Positions 1 to 7,779 of a DNA stretch of 64,000 bases are shown here, piece after piece. The stretch is from the NCBI GenBank assembly GCA_016722575.1, contig JADKIY010000002.1:136734-200733 (forward strand), read 5' to 3'. How positions within the stretch are numbered: position 1 is the first letter of the stretch; every line of letters begins with the position of its first letter. The notes beneath the pieces are model-generated. The model saw only the letters and a program-made list of their open reading frames with translations. It did not search any database and was not told the origin of the DNA. A program made the translations under genes and the position numbers. The DNA comes from Elusimicrobiota bacterium. Its GTDB lineage: Bacteria > Elusimicrobiota > Elusimicrobia > FEN-1173.

Positions 1-1838
1 ATGGTGCCCATGGACCCCGAGGTCAGCCAGCGCCGGGGCACGGCGGTGCGGCCGTATTGCGCCGCCCACATCTGATGTTGGCCCACGCCCGTCGTTACGA
101 TGGCTTCGCCCCGGGTCATCTCGGCGATCTTTTCCAGGACGGCGTAGGGCTGGATTTTTTCGGCGGTCCGGTTGTAATTCAACGGGTGCGCCTTCCGGGT
201 CGCGTCCGTGTGCTTGATCCAGGCCGAGAAATCCCGCTTGAACCCCCATTTTTTGCCCGCGTCGATCAAATCCCGCAGGCCCCGCTTGGCGTCGGCCACG
301 TGGGACCAGGTCGGCGTTTTCACTTTTCCGATTTCCGCCGGGTCGATGTCCAGGTGGGCGATGAAGGACGCCTTGGGGGCGAATTCCGACACTTTCCCCG
401 CCACCCGGTCGTCGAAGCGCGCGCCCACGGCGAAGAGGAAATCACAGTCCTCCACCGCGTAGTTCCCGTAGGGCGTCCCGTGCATGCCCAGCATGTGCAT
501 GGACAGCGGGTGCCGGTTGTCCAGGGCGCCGATGCCCATGAGCGTCGTCACGACGGGGATATTAAAGGTTTCCGCAAATTCCTTGAGTTCGGCCGACGCG
601 TTGGCGTTGATCACCCCGCCCCCGACATACAATAGAGGCCGGTGGGCCTCGGCCAAACGCTGAAAAAAGGTCCGCCCCTGGGATTCCGACAGCCGGGATT
701 CGGACAGCGCCTCCACCCGCCGGCGATAGCCGCGCAAGGGAAGGAGCCCCGCGCCCTTAAACTGCCCGGGCGTGACCTGGACGTCTTTGGGAATGTCCAC
801 CACCACGGGACCCGGCCGGCCCGTGCGGGCGATCCAAAAAGCCGTGCGCAGGGTGCTTTCCAATTCCTCGGGTTTCTCCACCAAAAAAACGTGCTTGGCG
901 CAGGCCATCATAATGTTGAAAACCGGCGCCTCTTGGAAAGCGTCGGTGCCGATGGCGGGCCGGGGCACCTGCCCCGTCAAAACGACCAGGGGGACCGAAT
1001 CCGCCATGGCGTCTCGAATGGGGGTCACCGTGTTGGTGGCCCCGGGCCCCGAGGTCACGAGCGCCACCCCCACCTGTCCGGTGGAGCGGGCAAACCCGGA
1101 GGCCATGAATCCCGCCCCCTGTTCGTTGGCGGGGACGATGTACCGAATTTTTTTACCCTCCGACTGCTTTTCGTTGAACCGGAAGAAAGCATCGATGGCC
1201 GGCAGAATGGCGCCGCCCGAATAGCCGAACACGGTGGTCACGCCTTCCTGGGCCAAGACCCGGGGAATCATGTCCGCCCCGGTCATGGGCTCTCCCCCCG
1301 TGGGGAGGGCGGCGTCGGCGTGGAGGGCCAAATCGGCCGACATGTCGAGGGTTTTCCCCCGTTGCAACAGCACGCGGCCCGTCCGCGACACCTCTTGGAT
1401 GCCGAAGGGTTCGAGGGCCTTCAGAAGGGCGTCCACCTCGCCGGCCCGGCCGGCGTTTTCGATCACAAAACCCGCGGCGCTGTCGTGCACCCGGGCGTGA
1501 AACGGTTGGCACGAATGGGCCACCCCGGTCCGATCGGTCGATCCGATCTTGACCAGGACCAATTCGCTTTCCACGTTGTCTTCCCAGCTCAGGTCCGACA
1601 CCCGGACCACGTCCACCAATTTATTCAATTGGCTGATGATCTGGCCGATGACCTTGTCGTCGCCTTTGCACACCAGCGAAATTCGGGAAACCCCGGGGAT
1701 TTGAGTGCCGCCGACGGCCAGCGAATCGATGTTGAAGCCGCGGCTGGAAATCAACCCGGCGATGCGGGCCAAAACGCCCGGGCGGTCTTCCACCAGGCAG
1801 GAGAGAAAGTGCGTGTGTTCCGTTGGTTTGTGCGTCAT
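1..1838 (-). CDS. ilvB: Acetolactate synthase; regulatory small subunit (IlvN/IlvH, ACT domain, ~1287..1838) fused in frame to catalytic large subunit (IlvB, TPP enzyme, 1..1286); 3' end runs off the window
   Basis: Minus-strand translation from ATG (comp. 1836-1838) gives 'MTHKPTEHTHFLSCLVEDRPGVLARIAGLISSRGFNIDSLAVGG...' (IlvH-like ACT domain). With no in-frame stop (checked codon by codon over 1287-1838) it continues '...ALPTGGEPMTGADMIPRVLAQEGVTTVFGYSGGAILP...GIGALDNRHPLSMHMLGMHGTPYGNYAV' (AHAS large subunit). No complete minus ORF is listed in the track, consistent with the frame running off position 1. Confidence 0.8.
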   Translation of the reverse strand, partial: MTHKPTEHTHFLSCLVEDRPGVLARIAGLISSRGFNIDSLAVGGTQIPGVSRISLVCKGDDKVIGQIISQLNKLVDVVRVSDLSWEDNVESELVLVKIGSTDRTGVAHSCQPFHARVHDSAAGFVIENAGRAGEVDALLKALEPFGIQEVSRTGRVLLQRGKTLDMSADLALHADAALPTGGEPMTGADMIPRVLAQEGVTTVFGYSGGAILPAIDAFFRFNEKQSEGKKIRYIVPANEQGAGFMASGFARSTGQVGVALVTSGPGATNTVTPIRDAMADSVPLVVLTGQVPRPAIGTDAFQEAPVFNIMMACAKHVFLVEKPEELESTLRTAFWIARTGRPGPVVVDIPKDVQVTPGQFKGAGLLPLRGYRRRVEALSESRLSESQGRTFFQRLAEAHRPLLYVGGGVINANASAELKEFAETFNIPVVTTLMGIGALDNRHPLSMHMLGMHGTPYGNYAVEDCDFLFAVGARFDDRVAGKVSEFAPKASFIAHLDIDPAEIGKVKTPTWSHVADAKRGLRDLIDAGKKWGFKRDFSAWIKHTDATRKAHPLNYNRTAEKIQPYAVLEKIAEMTRGEAIVTTGVGQHQMWAAQYGRTAVPRRWLTSGSMGT

Positions 1839-1913
1839 TGGTTTGTGCCCCAAGTGTTTTTCGATTTCGCTTCCGTTGATTTTCCCGCCCGCCGCCCCGA
1901 ACCGCCCGCGGCT

Positions 1914-1952
1914 TAAAACAAAAACGCCGCCGGAGCTTGGGCGCCGGCGGCG
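1914..1952 (-). terminator. Intrinsic terminator/attenuator hairpin (CGCCGCCGG-N10-CCGGCGGCG) followed by UUUUUGUUUU on the minus-strand RNA, between the ankyrin gene and ilvN
   Basis: Perfect 9-bp GC stem plus U-tract read on the minus strand. The plus-strand reading also gives a hairpin plus T-rich run, so it may act bidirectionally. Confidence 0.55.
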
Positions 1953-1977
1953 GTCGTTTTAAACTTTTTCTCACCGC

Positions 1978-2049
1978 CTACGGCGCAACCCTCTCTCCCA
2001 GGACGACCTGGCTGAGGACGACGACCGTAAGCGCGAGTTTTTTACACAT
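1978..2049 (-). CDS. Candidate ilv leader peptide (23 aa: MCKKLALTVVVLSQVVLGERVAP), rich in Val/Leu, 25 nt upstream of the terminator hairpin
   Basis: ATG (comp. 2047-2049) to TAG (comp. 1978-1980). It has 5 Val and 4 Leu in 23 residues and sits upstream of ilvN-ilvB. A GGCGG just after its stop could pair with the CCGCC in the 5' arm of the terminator as an antiterminator. Confidence 0.4.
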   Translation of the reverse strand: MCKKLALTVVVLSQVVLGERVAP

Positions 2050-2056
2050 CGGTGTT

Positions 2057-2085
2057 ATTTTACTTGATTCACTTTTTCAAGTCAA
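2057..2085 (-). promoter_or_regulatory. sigma70-like promoter TTGACT-N17-TAAAAT (minus strand), -10 ending 7 nt before the leader-peptide ATG
   Basis: Read on the minus strand: 'TTGACTtgaaaaagtgaatcaagTAAAATaacaccgATG'. Confidence 0.4.
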
Positions 2086-2101
2086 TAATTTTATGCCGGA
2101 A

Positions 2102-3394
2102 TCACCGGGCGGGCGTTCCGGAACTTTTCGCGTTGCCCGACTTGTTGGATAAAAAGGATTTCGATCCTCCGGACCGCGGGCCCGGGCGGCTCCCCGCGTT
2201 GGAATCCGTCGTTTTTTTTCCCGCGGCCCCGCTGTCCCGCTGGGCCCGAAGAAAAAAGACCGACTCGGCGTGATGGGCCTCCTCGGCGATGGCCAAGGCC
2301 GTTTTCCCCGCCGCGTTCTTGAGGGTGATGTTTGGGGTGTAGCGGAGAAGAGTTTTGACGCACTTTTCAGCGGAATTCAAGCGGGCGGCGATCATCAACG
2401 CCGTGTCCCCCGCCTTGTTTTGAAGGTTGATCTGGGCCTTGTGTTGCATCAGCTTTTGAATGTAGTCCTCCCGGCGGGCCTCCACCGCTTCCATCAACGC
2501 CGTTTTCCCCTCGTTGGATTTCCGGTTCACATCGGCGTTTCGGTTCAACAATTCGTCCACCAAGGCGTCGCGGCGCCAATCCAACACCGACATGAGCGGC
2601 GTTCGGCCTTCGGCGTCCGCGAGATTAATGTCGGCCCCGGCTTCCATCAACAGTTTGCTTTCGGGGCCTTTATCGGCGAATAGGGCGTGCTGAAGAGCCG
2701 TTCGGCCGTCCTTGGACTGCAGATTGACGGACGCTTTCGCCGCCAGCAGTTTCCGAACGGCTTCGGATTGACCGCTTTCCGCGGCCAGCATCAGGGCGGT
2801 TTTGCCTTCCTTGTCCCGGGCGTTGATGTCGGCTTGGGCCGCCAAAAGCCGGTCGATGGTCTTGGCCCGTTCGATTTCCCCCGCGGGTCCCATCTTGCGG
2901 ACGTGAACGACCGCGGCCATCAACGGGGTGCGCCCGTCCGCGTCGGCGTCGCTGGCCTTCGCCCCGGCGGCCAACAATTGATCGATGATCGCCGACGTGT
3001 AGGCGTCGCCCGCGTACATCAGAGCCGTGCGGCCGTTGGCGTCCCGGGGGCGGACGTCGGCTCCTTTTTTGAGGAGGAGGTCCACGGATTGGCTCCACCC
3101 CTTGCCCGACGCGTTCATCAGCGCGGTCCGTTTCTCTTCGCCCTGAAAATTAATTTTCGCGCCTTCGTCCAACAACACCGTCACGATGTCCGCCGGATCC
3201 CGAAAAGCGAACTTGGCGGCCGCCGTCAAGGGGGAGTCCGTCCCGGAAAGGACGTTCACGTTCGACGAATCCACGCAGGATTTCACCCCTTTTAAATCGC
3301 CCGCCGCCAGGGGCCCCCACACGTCGCAGGCCCCCGCCGGAAATCCCGCCCCGCCCATTAAAACCAAGCCCCAGGCCCATCCGTTTTTACTCAT
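2102..3394 (-). CDS. Secreted ankyrin-repeat protein (signal peptide, possible lipoprotein; ~9 ANK repeats; Ser/Gly-rich disordered C-terminal tail)
   Basis: 430 aa. N-terminus 'MSKNGWAWGLVLMGGAGFPAGAC'. Repeated 'DGRTPLM/EGKTALM...G...V..LL..GA..N' ankyrin motifs. GGAGG RBS 9 nt upstream of the ATG. Confidence 0.8.
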   Translation of the reverse strand: MSKNGWAWGLVLMGGAGFPAGACDVWGPLAAGDLKGVKSCVDSSNVNVLSGTDSPLTAAAKFAFRDPADIVTVLLDEGAKINFQGEEKRTALMNASGKGWSQSVDLLLKKGADVRPRDANGRTALMYAGDAYTSAIIDQLLAAGAKASDADADGRTPLMAAVVHVRKMGPAGEIERAKTIDRLLAAQADINARDKEGKTALMLAAESGQSEAVRKLLAAKASVNLQSKDGRTALQHALFADKGPESKLLMEAGADINLADAEGRTPLMSVLDWRRDALVDELLNRNADVNRKSNEGKTALMEAVEARREDYIQKLMQHKAQINLQNKAGDTALMIAARLNSAEKCVKTLLRYTPNITLKNAAGKTALAIAEEAHHAESVFFLRAQRDSGAAGKKTTDSNAGSRPGPRSGGSKSFLSNKSGNAKSSGTPAR

Positions 3395-3445
3395 CGTTTG
3401 CGTCCTCCGTCCAAAATCGATTTCGGGCCGATCCGGCGCCCGTTT

Positions 3446-3814
3446 TCAGCGTCCCAGCCAGGCCCCGGCGTAAAACATCCCCAGTCCCAGGACCACGCTG
3501 GACGCCACGTATCCGACCGCCGAGAAAAGATGGCCGTCTCGGACCAATCCGGCCGTGTCCAAGGCAAAGGCCGAGAAGGTCGTGAAGGCCCCGCAAAAAC
3601 CCGACATCAACAAAAGCCGTTGCTCGGCCGAAAGCCGAAGGCGCAGGTCCGCCCAAGCGTGAAACAACCCCATCAGAAAACACCCCGTCAGATTCACCGT
3701 CCACGTGGCCCAAAACCCGCGAATCGAAGCCTGGCCGAAGCCCTGGGCCACCCCGTAACGCCCGAGCCCGCCCGCCACGCTGCCGATCACCAACGCCAAA
3801 AGTCCCCGAAGCAT
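3446..3814 (-). CDS. crcB: Fluoride ion channel CrcB/FluC
   Basis: Internal ATG of the 202-aa track ORF. 'MLRGLLALVIGSVAGGLGRY...TWTVNLTGCFLMG...SGFCGAFTTFSAF' is typical of CrcB (~123 aa). The upstream 80 codons of the track ORF are the out-of-frame overlap with the fcl gene. Exact start coordinate is +/-1 nt. Confidence 0.8.
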   Translation of the reverse strand: MLRGLLALVIGSVAGGLGRYGVAQGFGQASIRGFWATWTVNLTGCFLMGLFHAWADLRLRLSAEQRLLLMSGFCGAFTTFSAFALDTAGLVRDGHLFSAVGYVASSVVLGLGMFYAGAWLGR

Positions 3815-3815
3815 C

Positions 3816-4394
3816 TCAGGCCGTATAGGTCCGGTTCGGGGAGACGACAAGCCCCACCCGCCGATCGTGAGGTCGTCGGGGAAGCCGCAAAACGATTTGC
3901 TCGTCAAACGCCAAGCCGACCGACCGCGCGCGTCCGCGCGCCAGGAAACGATCGTAATACCCGCCGCCCGCCCCCAACCGGTCGCCGGCGGGCGTAAACG
4001 CCCGGCCCGGAACCACGAGCAAATCCCGGGGACCCAACGGTCGTTCCGGGCCACGCGGACCGCCCGGTTCCAAAATCCCGTGGACGTTTCGAACGCGGGG
4101 CCCTCGAACCGGCCAGACGGCGAAGCGCAGGGTTTTGGTCGGGGGGTCCACCACCGGCGCCAGAACGATTTTGCCCAAGCGACGGCACAAAGCGATCAAG
4201 GGCGCCGTGTCCAATTCGCCCGGACGGGTCAGGTAAACCGCCACGGCGGGCGCCTGGGCAAAGACCGGAAGGCGGGACAGGCGGCGCGCCACCGCCCCGG
4301 CGCAATCTCGACGGCGCGCGGCGGGAAGGCAACGAAGCGTGTCGCGAAAATGCCGCCGGAGAAAATCCTTGTGGCGAACGTCCTCCCCGGTCAT
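3816..4394 (-). CDS. 5-formyltetrahydrofolate cyclo-ligase (MTHFS/YgfA family)
   Basis: Start 'MTGEDVRHKDFLRRH...' overlaps the rarA stop as ATGA (4391-4394). Motifs 'VAVYLTRPGELDT', 'LLVVPGRAFTPAGDRLGAGGGYYDRFL'. Confidence 0.8.
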   Translation of the reverse strand: MTGEDVRHKDFLRRHFRDTLRCLPAARRRDCAGAVARRLSRLPVFAQAPAVAVYLTRPGELDTAPLIALCRRLGKIVLAPVVDPPTKTLRFAVWPVRGPRVRNVHGILEPGGPRGPERPLGPRDLLVVPGRAFTPAGDRLGAGGGYYDRFLARGRARSVGLAFDEQIVLRLPRRPHDRRVGLVVSPNRTYTA

Positions 4395-5710
4395 GGGGCG
4401 GGCCGCCGCTCGGGCCACAACGCCTCGAAGTGTTCCTTCAAACGCCGCTCGTCCCCCAAGCCGGTGGGCCGGTAAAACGGCTTCCACTGGGGCAAATAGG
4501 TTTGGGCCACGAAGTGCGCCGGAAAGTCGTGGGGGTATTGATACCCTCGCCCGTGACCCCGGGTTTCGCCGTCCCGGTTGGCGTCTTTGAGGGCGTCGGG
4601 AACTTCCCGCCGGGGGCCGTTTTCCACCTCGGACCAGGCGGCGTTGATGGCCGCGTAGGCCGCGTTGGATTTGGGCGCCAGCGCCACGTAGGCGGCCGCT
4701 TGGGCCAGGGGAATCCGCGCTTCGGGCATGCCCAGTTTTTCCACGGCGTCAAAAGCGGCGTTGGCGATCAGAAGCGCCCGGGGGTCCGCGTTGCCCACGT
4801 CTTCGGCGGCGGCCACCAACAGGCGACGGGCCACGAAGCGCGGGTCTTCCCCGGCGGCCAGCATTTTGGCCATCCAGTAGATGGCCGCATCGGGATCCGA
4901 GCCCCGGAGCGATTTAATGAACGCCGAAACGGTGTCGTAGTGTTCGTCCGCCGATTTGTCGTAGCGGAGGGAGCGTCGTTGGGTGGAGGCTTCGGCCACG
5001 GCCAAAGTGACATGGACGCGACCGTCGTTTTCCGGCGTCGTCACAACGGCCAATTCCAAGGCGTTCAAAACCCGCCGAGCGTCCCCGTCGGCCCGGGACA
5101 AAATATGAAGCTCCGCTTCGGGGTCCACCGTCACCGGGCGATTTCCAAAACCCCGGACGTCGTCCCGCAAGGCCCGTTTAAAAAGACCGCGCAGGTCTTC
5201 CATCCCGAGAGGCCGCAATTCGTATACGGTGGACCGGGACAAAAGCGCCGCGTTAACGTAAAAAGACGGATTTTCCGTGGTGAGCCCGATCAAGGTGACC
5301 AAGCCCCGTTCCACGTCGGGCAACAGCGCGTCTTGTTGGGTGCGATTAAAATGGTGGATTTCGTCGACGACGAGAAGGGTTCGACGGCCTTGCCCGCGAC
5401 GGCGCTCTTCGGCCGCCGCCAAAAGCCGGCGGATGTCCGGGACGCCGATGGTGACGGCGTTGGTCCGTTCCACGTGGGCCCGTGTCTTGAGGGCGATCAG
5501 GCGGGCCAGCGCGGTTTTACCGCAGCCCGGGGGACCGAAAAAGATCGCGGAGCCCAGCCGGTCCGCTTCGATGGCCCGGCGGAGGAGTCCGCCCTCCGCC
5601 ACCAACGCCTGTTGCCCGACGAATTCGGACCACTCCCGGGGGGCCAAGCGCGCCGCCAACGGTTCGGGCGACGCCGCCGAAGGCTCGGACGTGGCGAAAA
5701 GGTCTTTCAC
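4391..5710 (-). CDS. rarA: Replication-associated recombination protein A (RarA/MgsA AAA+ ATPase)
   Basis: 439 aa. Walker A 'GPPGCGKTALA', 'LLVVDEIHHFNRTQQDALLP', and the C-terminal MgsA helical domain. Confidence 0.9.
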   Translation of the reverse strand: MKDLFATSEPSAASPEPLAARLAPREWSEFVGQQALVAEGGLLRRAIEADRLGSAIFFGPPGCGKTALARLIALKTRAHVERTNAVTIGVPDIRRLLAAAEERRRGQGRRTLLVVDEIHHFNRTQQDALLPDVERGLVTLIGLTTENPSFYVNAALLSRSTVYELRPLGMEDLRGLFKRALRDDVRGFGNRPVTVDPEAELHILSRADGDARRVLNALELAVVTTPENDGRVHVTLAVAEASTQRRSLRYDKSADEHYDTVSAFIKSLRGSDPDAAIYWMAKMLAAGEDPRFVARRLLVAAAEDVGNADPRALLIANAAFDAVEKLGMPEARIPLAQAAAYVALAPKSNAAYAAINAAWSEVENGPRREVPDALKDANRDGETRGHGRGYQYPHDFPAHFVAQTYLPQWKPFYRPTGLGDERRLKEHFEALWPERRPAP

Positions 5711-6003
5711 GACGCCAGGGCCTTTTCCAGGTTTTCGACGAGACCGCGCAGGCGGCTCTCGTCCTGGGGCGAGAGGTCGGGGTTGTTTTTCTTGCTTCCC
5801 ATTTCAAAAGCGATGTTGAGCGCGGCCAGCACCGCGATTTTCTGGGTGTCGACGAGCCCCAGCTTGTCGGCGATTTCCCGCATTTTCTGGTCGACGTAGG
5901 CGGCCAATTGGCTGGCTTCCAGGGGGGTCAAATTGCCCGGGTCGAGTTCGTAATCTTTTCCGAAAATATTGACGCGGATCTTGTCGCGGACGAGGGGGTT
6001 CAT
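5707..6003 (-). CDS. zapA: Cell division protein ZapA
   Basis: 98 aa, 'VNIFGKDYELDPGNLTP...LAAYVDQKMREI' (ZapA fold). Its stop overlaps the rarA start (ATGA). Confidence 0.75.
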   Translation of the reverse strand: MNPLVRDKIRVNIFGKDYELDPGNLTPLEASQLAAYVDQKMREIADKLGLVDTQKIAVLAALNIAFEMGSKKNNPDLSPQDESRLRGLVENLEKALAS

Positions 6004-6005
6004 GG

Positions 6006-6239
6006 CTACACTCGCAATTTGTCCAATTTCGACAACGCTTTTTCAATCCGCGCTCGAAGCCGTTGGCGCTCTTCGATCAACTCCCCGTGCTCCCGCAACA
6101 GCCGGCGGGCGCGGCGGTTCTCTTCCGTCATCAGGGCCACGTCGGCTTCCAACCGCTCCTTCTCTTTGCGCAAACCGTGGATTTCCGCCACCGCTTGGCG
6201 GACTTTTTCGGTCAGTCGATGGAGGAGGGCGTTTGCCAC
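6006..6239 (-). CDS. ZapB-like coiled-coil cell-division protein
   Basis: 77 aa, entirely heptad coiled coil ('LTEKVRQAVAEIHGLRKEKERLEADVALMTEEN...'), immediately upstream of zapA. Confidence 0.55.
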   Translation of the reverse strand: MANALLHRLTEKVRQAVAEIHGLRKEKERLEADVALMTEENRRARRLLREHGELIEERQRLRARIEKALSKLDKLRV

Positions 6240-6354
6240 GGGCCCAATTTAGCATAGACCCGCCCCGCCCACAAGCGCTTCGTCGTCGGTAAGTTAACGT
6301 TCTTTGTCAAATACGCGAACGTCGTTCGCGCGCGGCCCGGGGGCCGCTCCCAAT

Positions 6355-6382
6355 TGTTCCCGCCTCTCGGAATGTTTATAAT
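6355..6382 (+). promoter_or_regulatory. Candidate promoter (TTGTTC-N16-TATAAT). The -10 ends 6 nt before the ATG at 6389, which implies a leaderless mRNA.
   Basis: 'ttgttccgcctctcggaatgtTTATAATggatccATG'. No SD is possible in the 6-nt gap. Confidence 0.35.
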
Positions 6383-6388
6383 GGATCC

Positions 6389-7165
6389 ATGGCGACCAAG
6401 ACACGCGCTCGTTCGGATTTGTTGACGTACGTGGACCGGGAACCCACCGCCCTGTGGACGTTGTCCTCTCTGGCGACGGCGACCGCGTTGATCGCGGCGC
6501 GGTTCCATTTTTCGTCCTGGGCGGTTTTGGGCATGGCGCTCGTCGCCACGGTGTTTACCTTCAGCGTGCTGTGGGCGATCACGCTCTATCCCCGTACGTA
6601 TCTCGGCGCCCGCTGGGCGTCCATGGCCTTCATGGTCGCGCTCTTTCTCTTGTGCGACGGCATCGGGCAGGTGGGTTTTCAAATGCAATGGCGGCGGTCG
6701 TTCGAAGTGGACGGCGCCTGGAAAGATTTTACCGATCGGGGCAACGTTTGGCGGGTACGCATCCCCTCCAAATGGCAGCCGTTTGAGCTCTACACCCCGG
6801 CGACGGGAACGGTGATCTTCAAACCAACGCGGATGACGCCGGCCATTGAATTTTCCGTCACGCGCCATCCGCGCGCCAAGGACCAGGATCTGGCCGCGGC
6901 CGTGGAAGCGTACTACCTAAACCTGCCCAAAAGCGCCGACACGAAGATCCTGACGGGCACGCCGTTCGATTACGCCCCCGGCGTGGACGCCTATCGGATG
7001 GTCCACCAGGATCCGCAGCAAGCGCTGGTCCTGCGGCAGGAAAACGTTTTCCTTTTTCACGGCGAGGACCTCTACATGCTGACCGCCACCGCGGTTCCCG
7101 CCTGGTTCAACCGCTTCCCGGCGGATTTGGACCGTTTCCTCCGCAGCCTTCGGTTTACCGCTTAA
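6389..7165 (+). CDS. Hypothetical membrane protein (3 predicted TM helices plus ~160-aa soluble C-terminal domain)
   Basis: 258-aa ORF with high-GC codon usage, divergent from zapB. No family recognised. Confidence 0.6.
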   Translation: MATKTRARSDLLTYVDREPTALWTLSSLATATALIAARFHFSSWAVLGMALVATVFTFSVLWAITLYPRTYLGARWASMAFMVALFLLCDGIGQVGFQMQWRRSFEVDGAWKDFTDRGNVWRVRIPSKWQPFELYTPATGTVIFKPTRMTPAIEFSVTRHPRAKDQDLAAAVEAYYLNLPKSADTKILTGTPFDYAPGVDAYRMVHQDPQQALVLRQENVFLFHGEDLYMLTATAVPAWFNRFPADLDRFLRSLRFTA

Positions 7166-7779
7166 CCCCCGCTTTTTTTCGCCGACTCCGTTCGCGCGCG
7201 CAATATCCATCCGATCACGAACACGGCCACCACGACGGCCGTGCCCGCCATCAGGGGCCGACTGTGGTCCAGCAACGATTGCCGGAACCCTTTCAACCCC
7301 GCGTCATGCAAAATGGCCCAAAACGTCCCGGAAAAAAAAGTCATGACGAACGTCCACGGAAAAAGCCCCACGGTACTGGTCCACAAAAAAACGCGAAAAG
7401 GCATGAACGAGAGCCCCGCCAGATAGTTCGTGATGACGAAAGGCGGAAATCCGACCAGTCGAAGGAGGATAAAAGCGCCCGGGGTGGGGTTCTCCAACGC
7501 GGCGACCCACGCGTGGGCCTGCCCGGACCGCTTCAACCACGGTTCCAGGCGCCGCCGACCCAACACCCTCGCCAGTCCAAAGGCCCCGCTGGCCCCCAAC
7601 AGGGCGGCCGCCAGATTGATGATTAATCCTTTCCCGAAACCGAACAACACCCCCCCCGCCACCGGGAATAGGCTGATGGGGGCGATAAAGCACCCGCCCG
7701 CGTAAAGCAGAACGAAAACGGGCGCCGACAGGGGGTTGCCTTGCAGCGCCTCGATGAGGCGGATGAAATGATGAATCAC
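7162..7779 (-). CDS. DedA/TVP38/TMEM64-family membrane protein
   Basis: GTG start (comp. 7777-7779) overlapping the transporter stop (GTGA). 'VIHHFIRLIEALQGNPLSAPVFVLLYAGGCF...GFPPFVITNYLAGLS' (SNARE-associated/DedA motif). Confidence 0.75.
   Translation of the reverse strand: MIHHFIRLIEALQGNPLSAPVFVLLYAGGCFIAPISLFPVAGGVLFGFGKGLIINLAAALLGASGAFGLARVLGRRRLEPWLKRSGQAHAWVAALENPTPGAFILLRLVGFPPFVITNYLAGLSFMPFRVFLWTSTVGLFPWTFVMTFFSGTFWAILHDAGLKGFRQSLLDHSRPLMAGTAVVVAVFVIGWILRARTESAKKSGG

Noticed and set aside
642-1916. 424-aa plus-strand ORF across the ilv region
   Set aside because: Gly/Arg/Pro-rich low-complexity translation. The opposite strand encodes a clearly recognisable IlvN-IlvB protein. 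It is a typical high-GC antisense ORF.
3815-4054. 5' 80 codons of the 202-aa track ORF upstream of crcB; possible fluoride riboswitch
   Set aside because: This stretch is the C-terminal coding region of the fcl gene in another frame, and CrcB homology begins at the internal ATG. There is no intergenic space for a riboswitch because the fcl stop is 1 nt from the crcB start. The sequence matches the crcB-motif consensus only vaguely.
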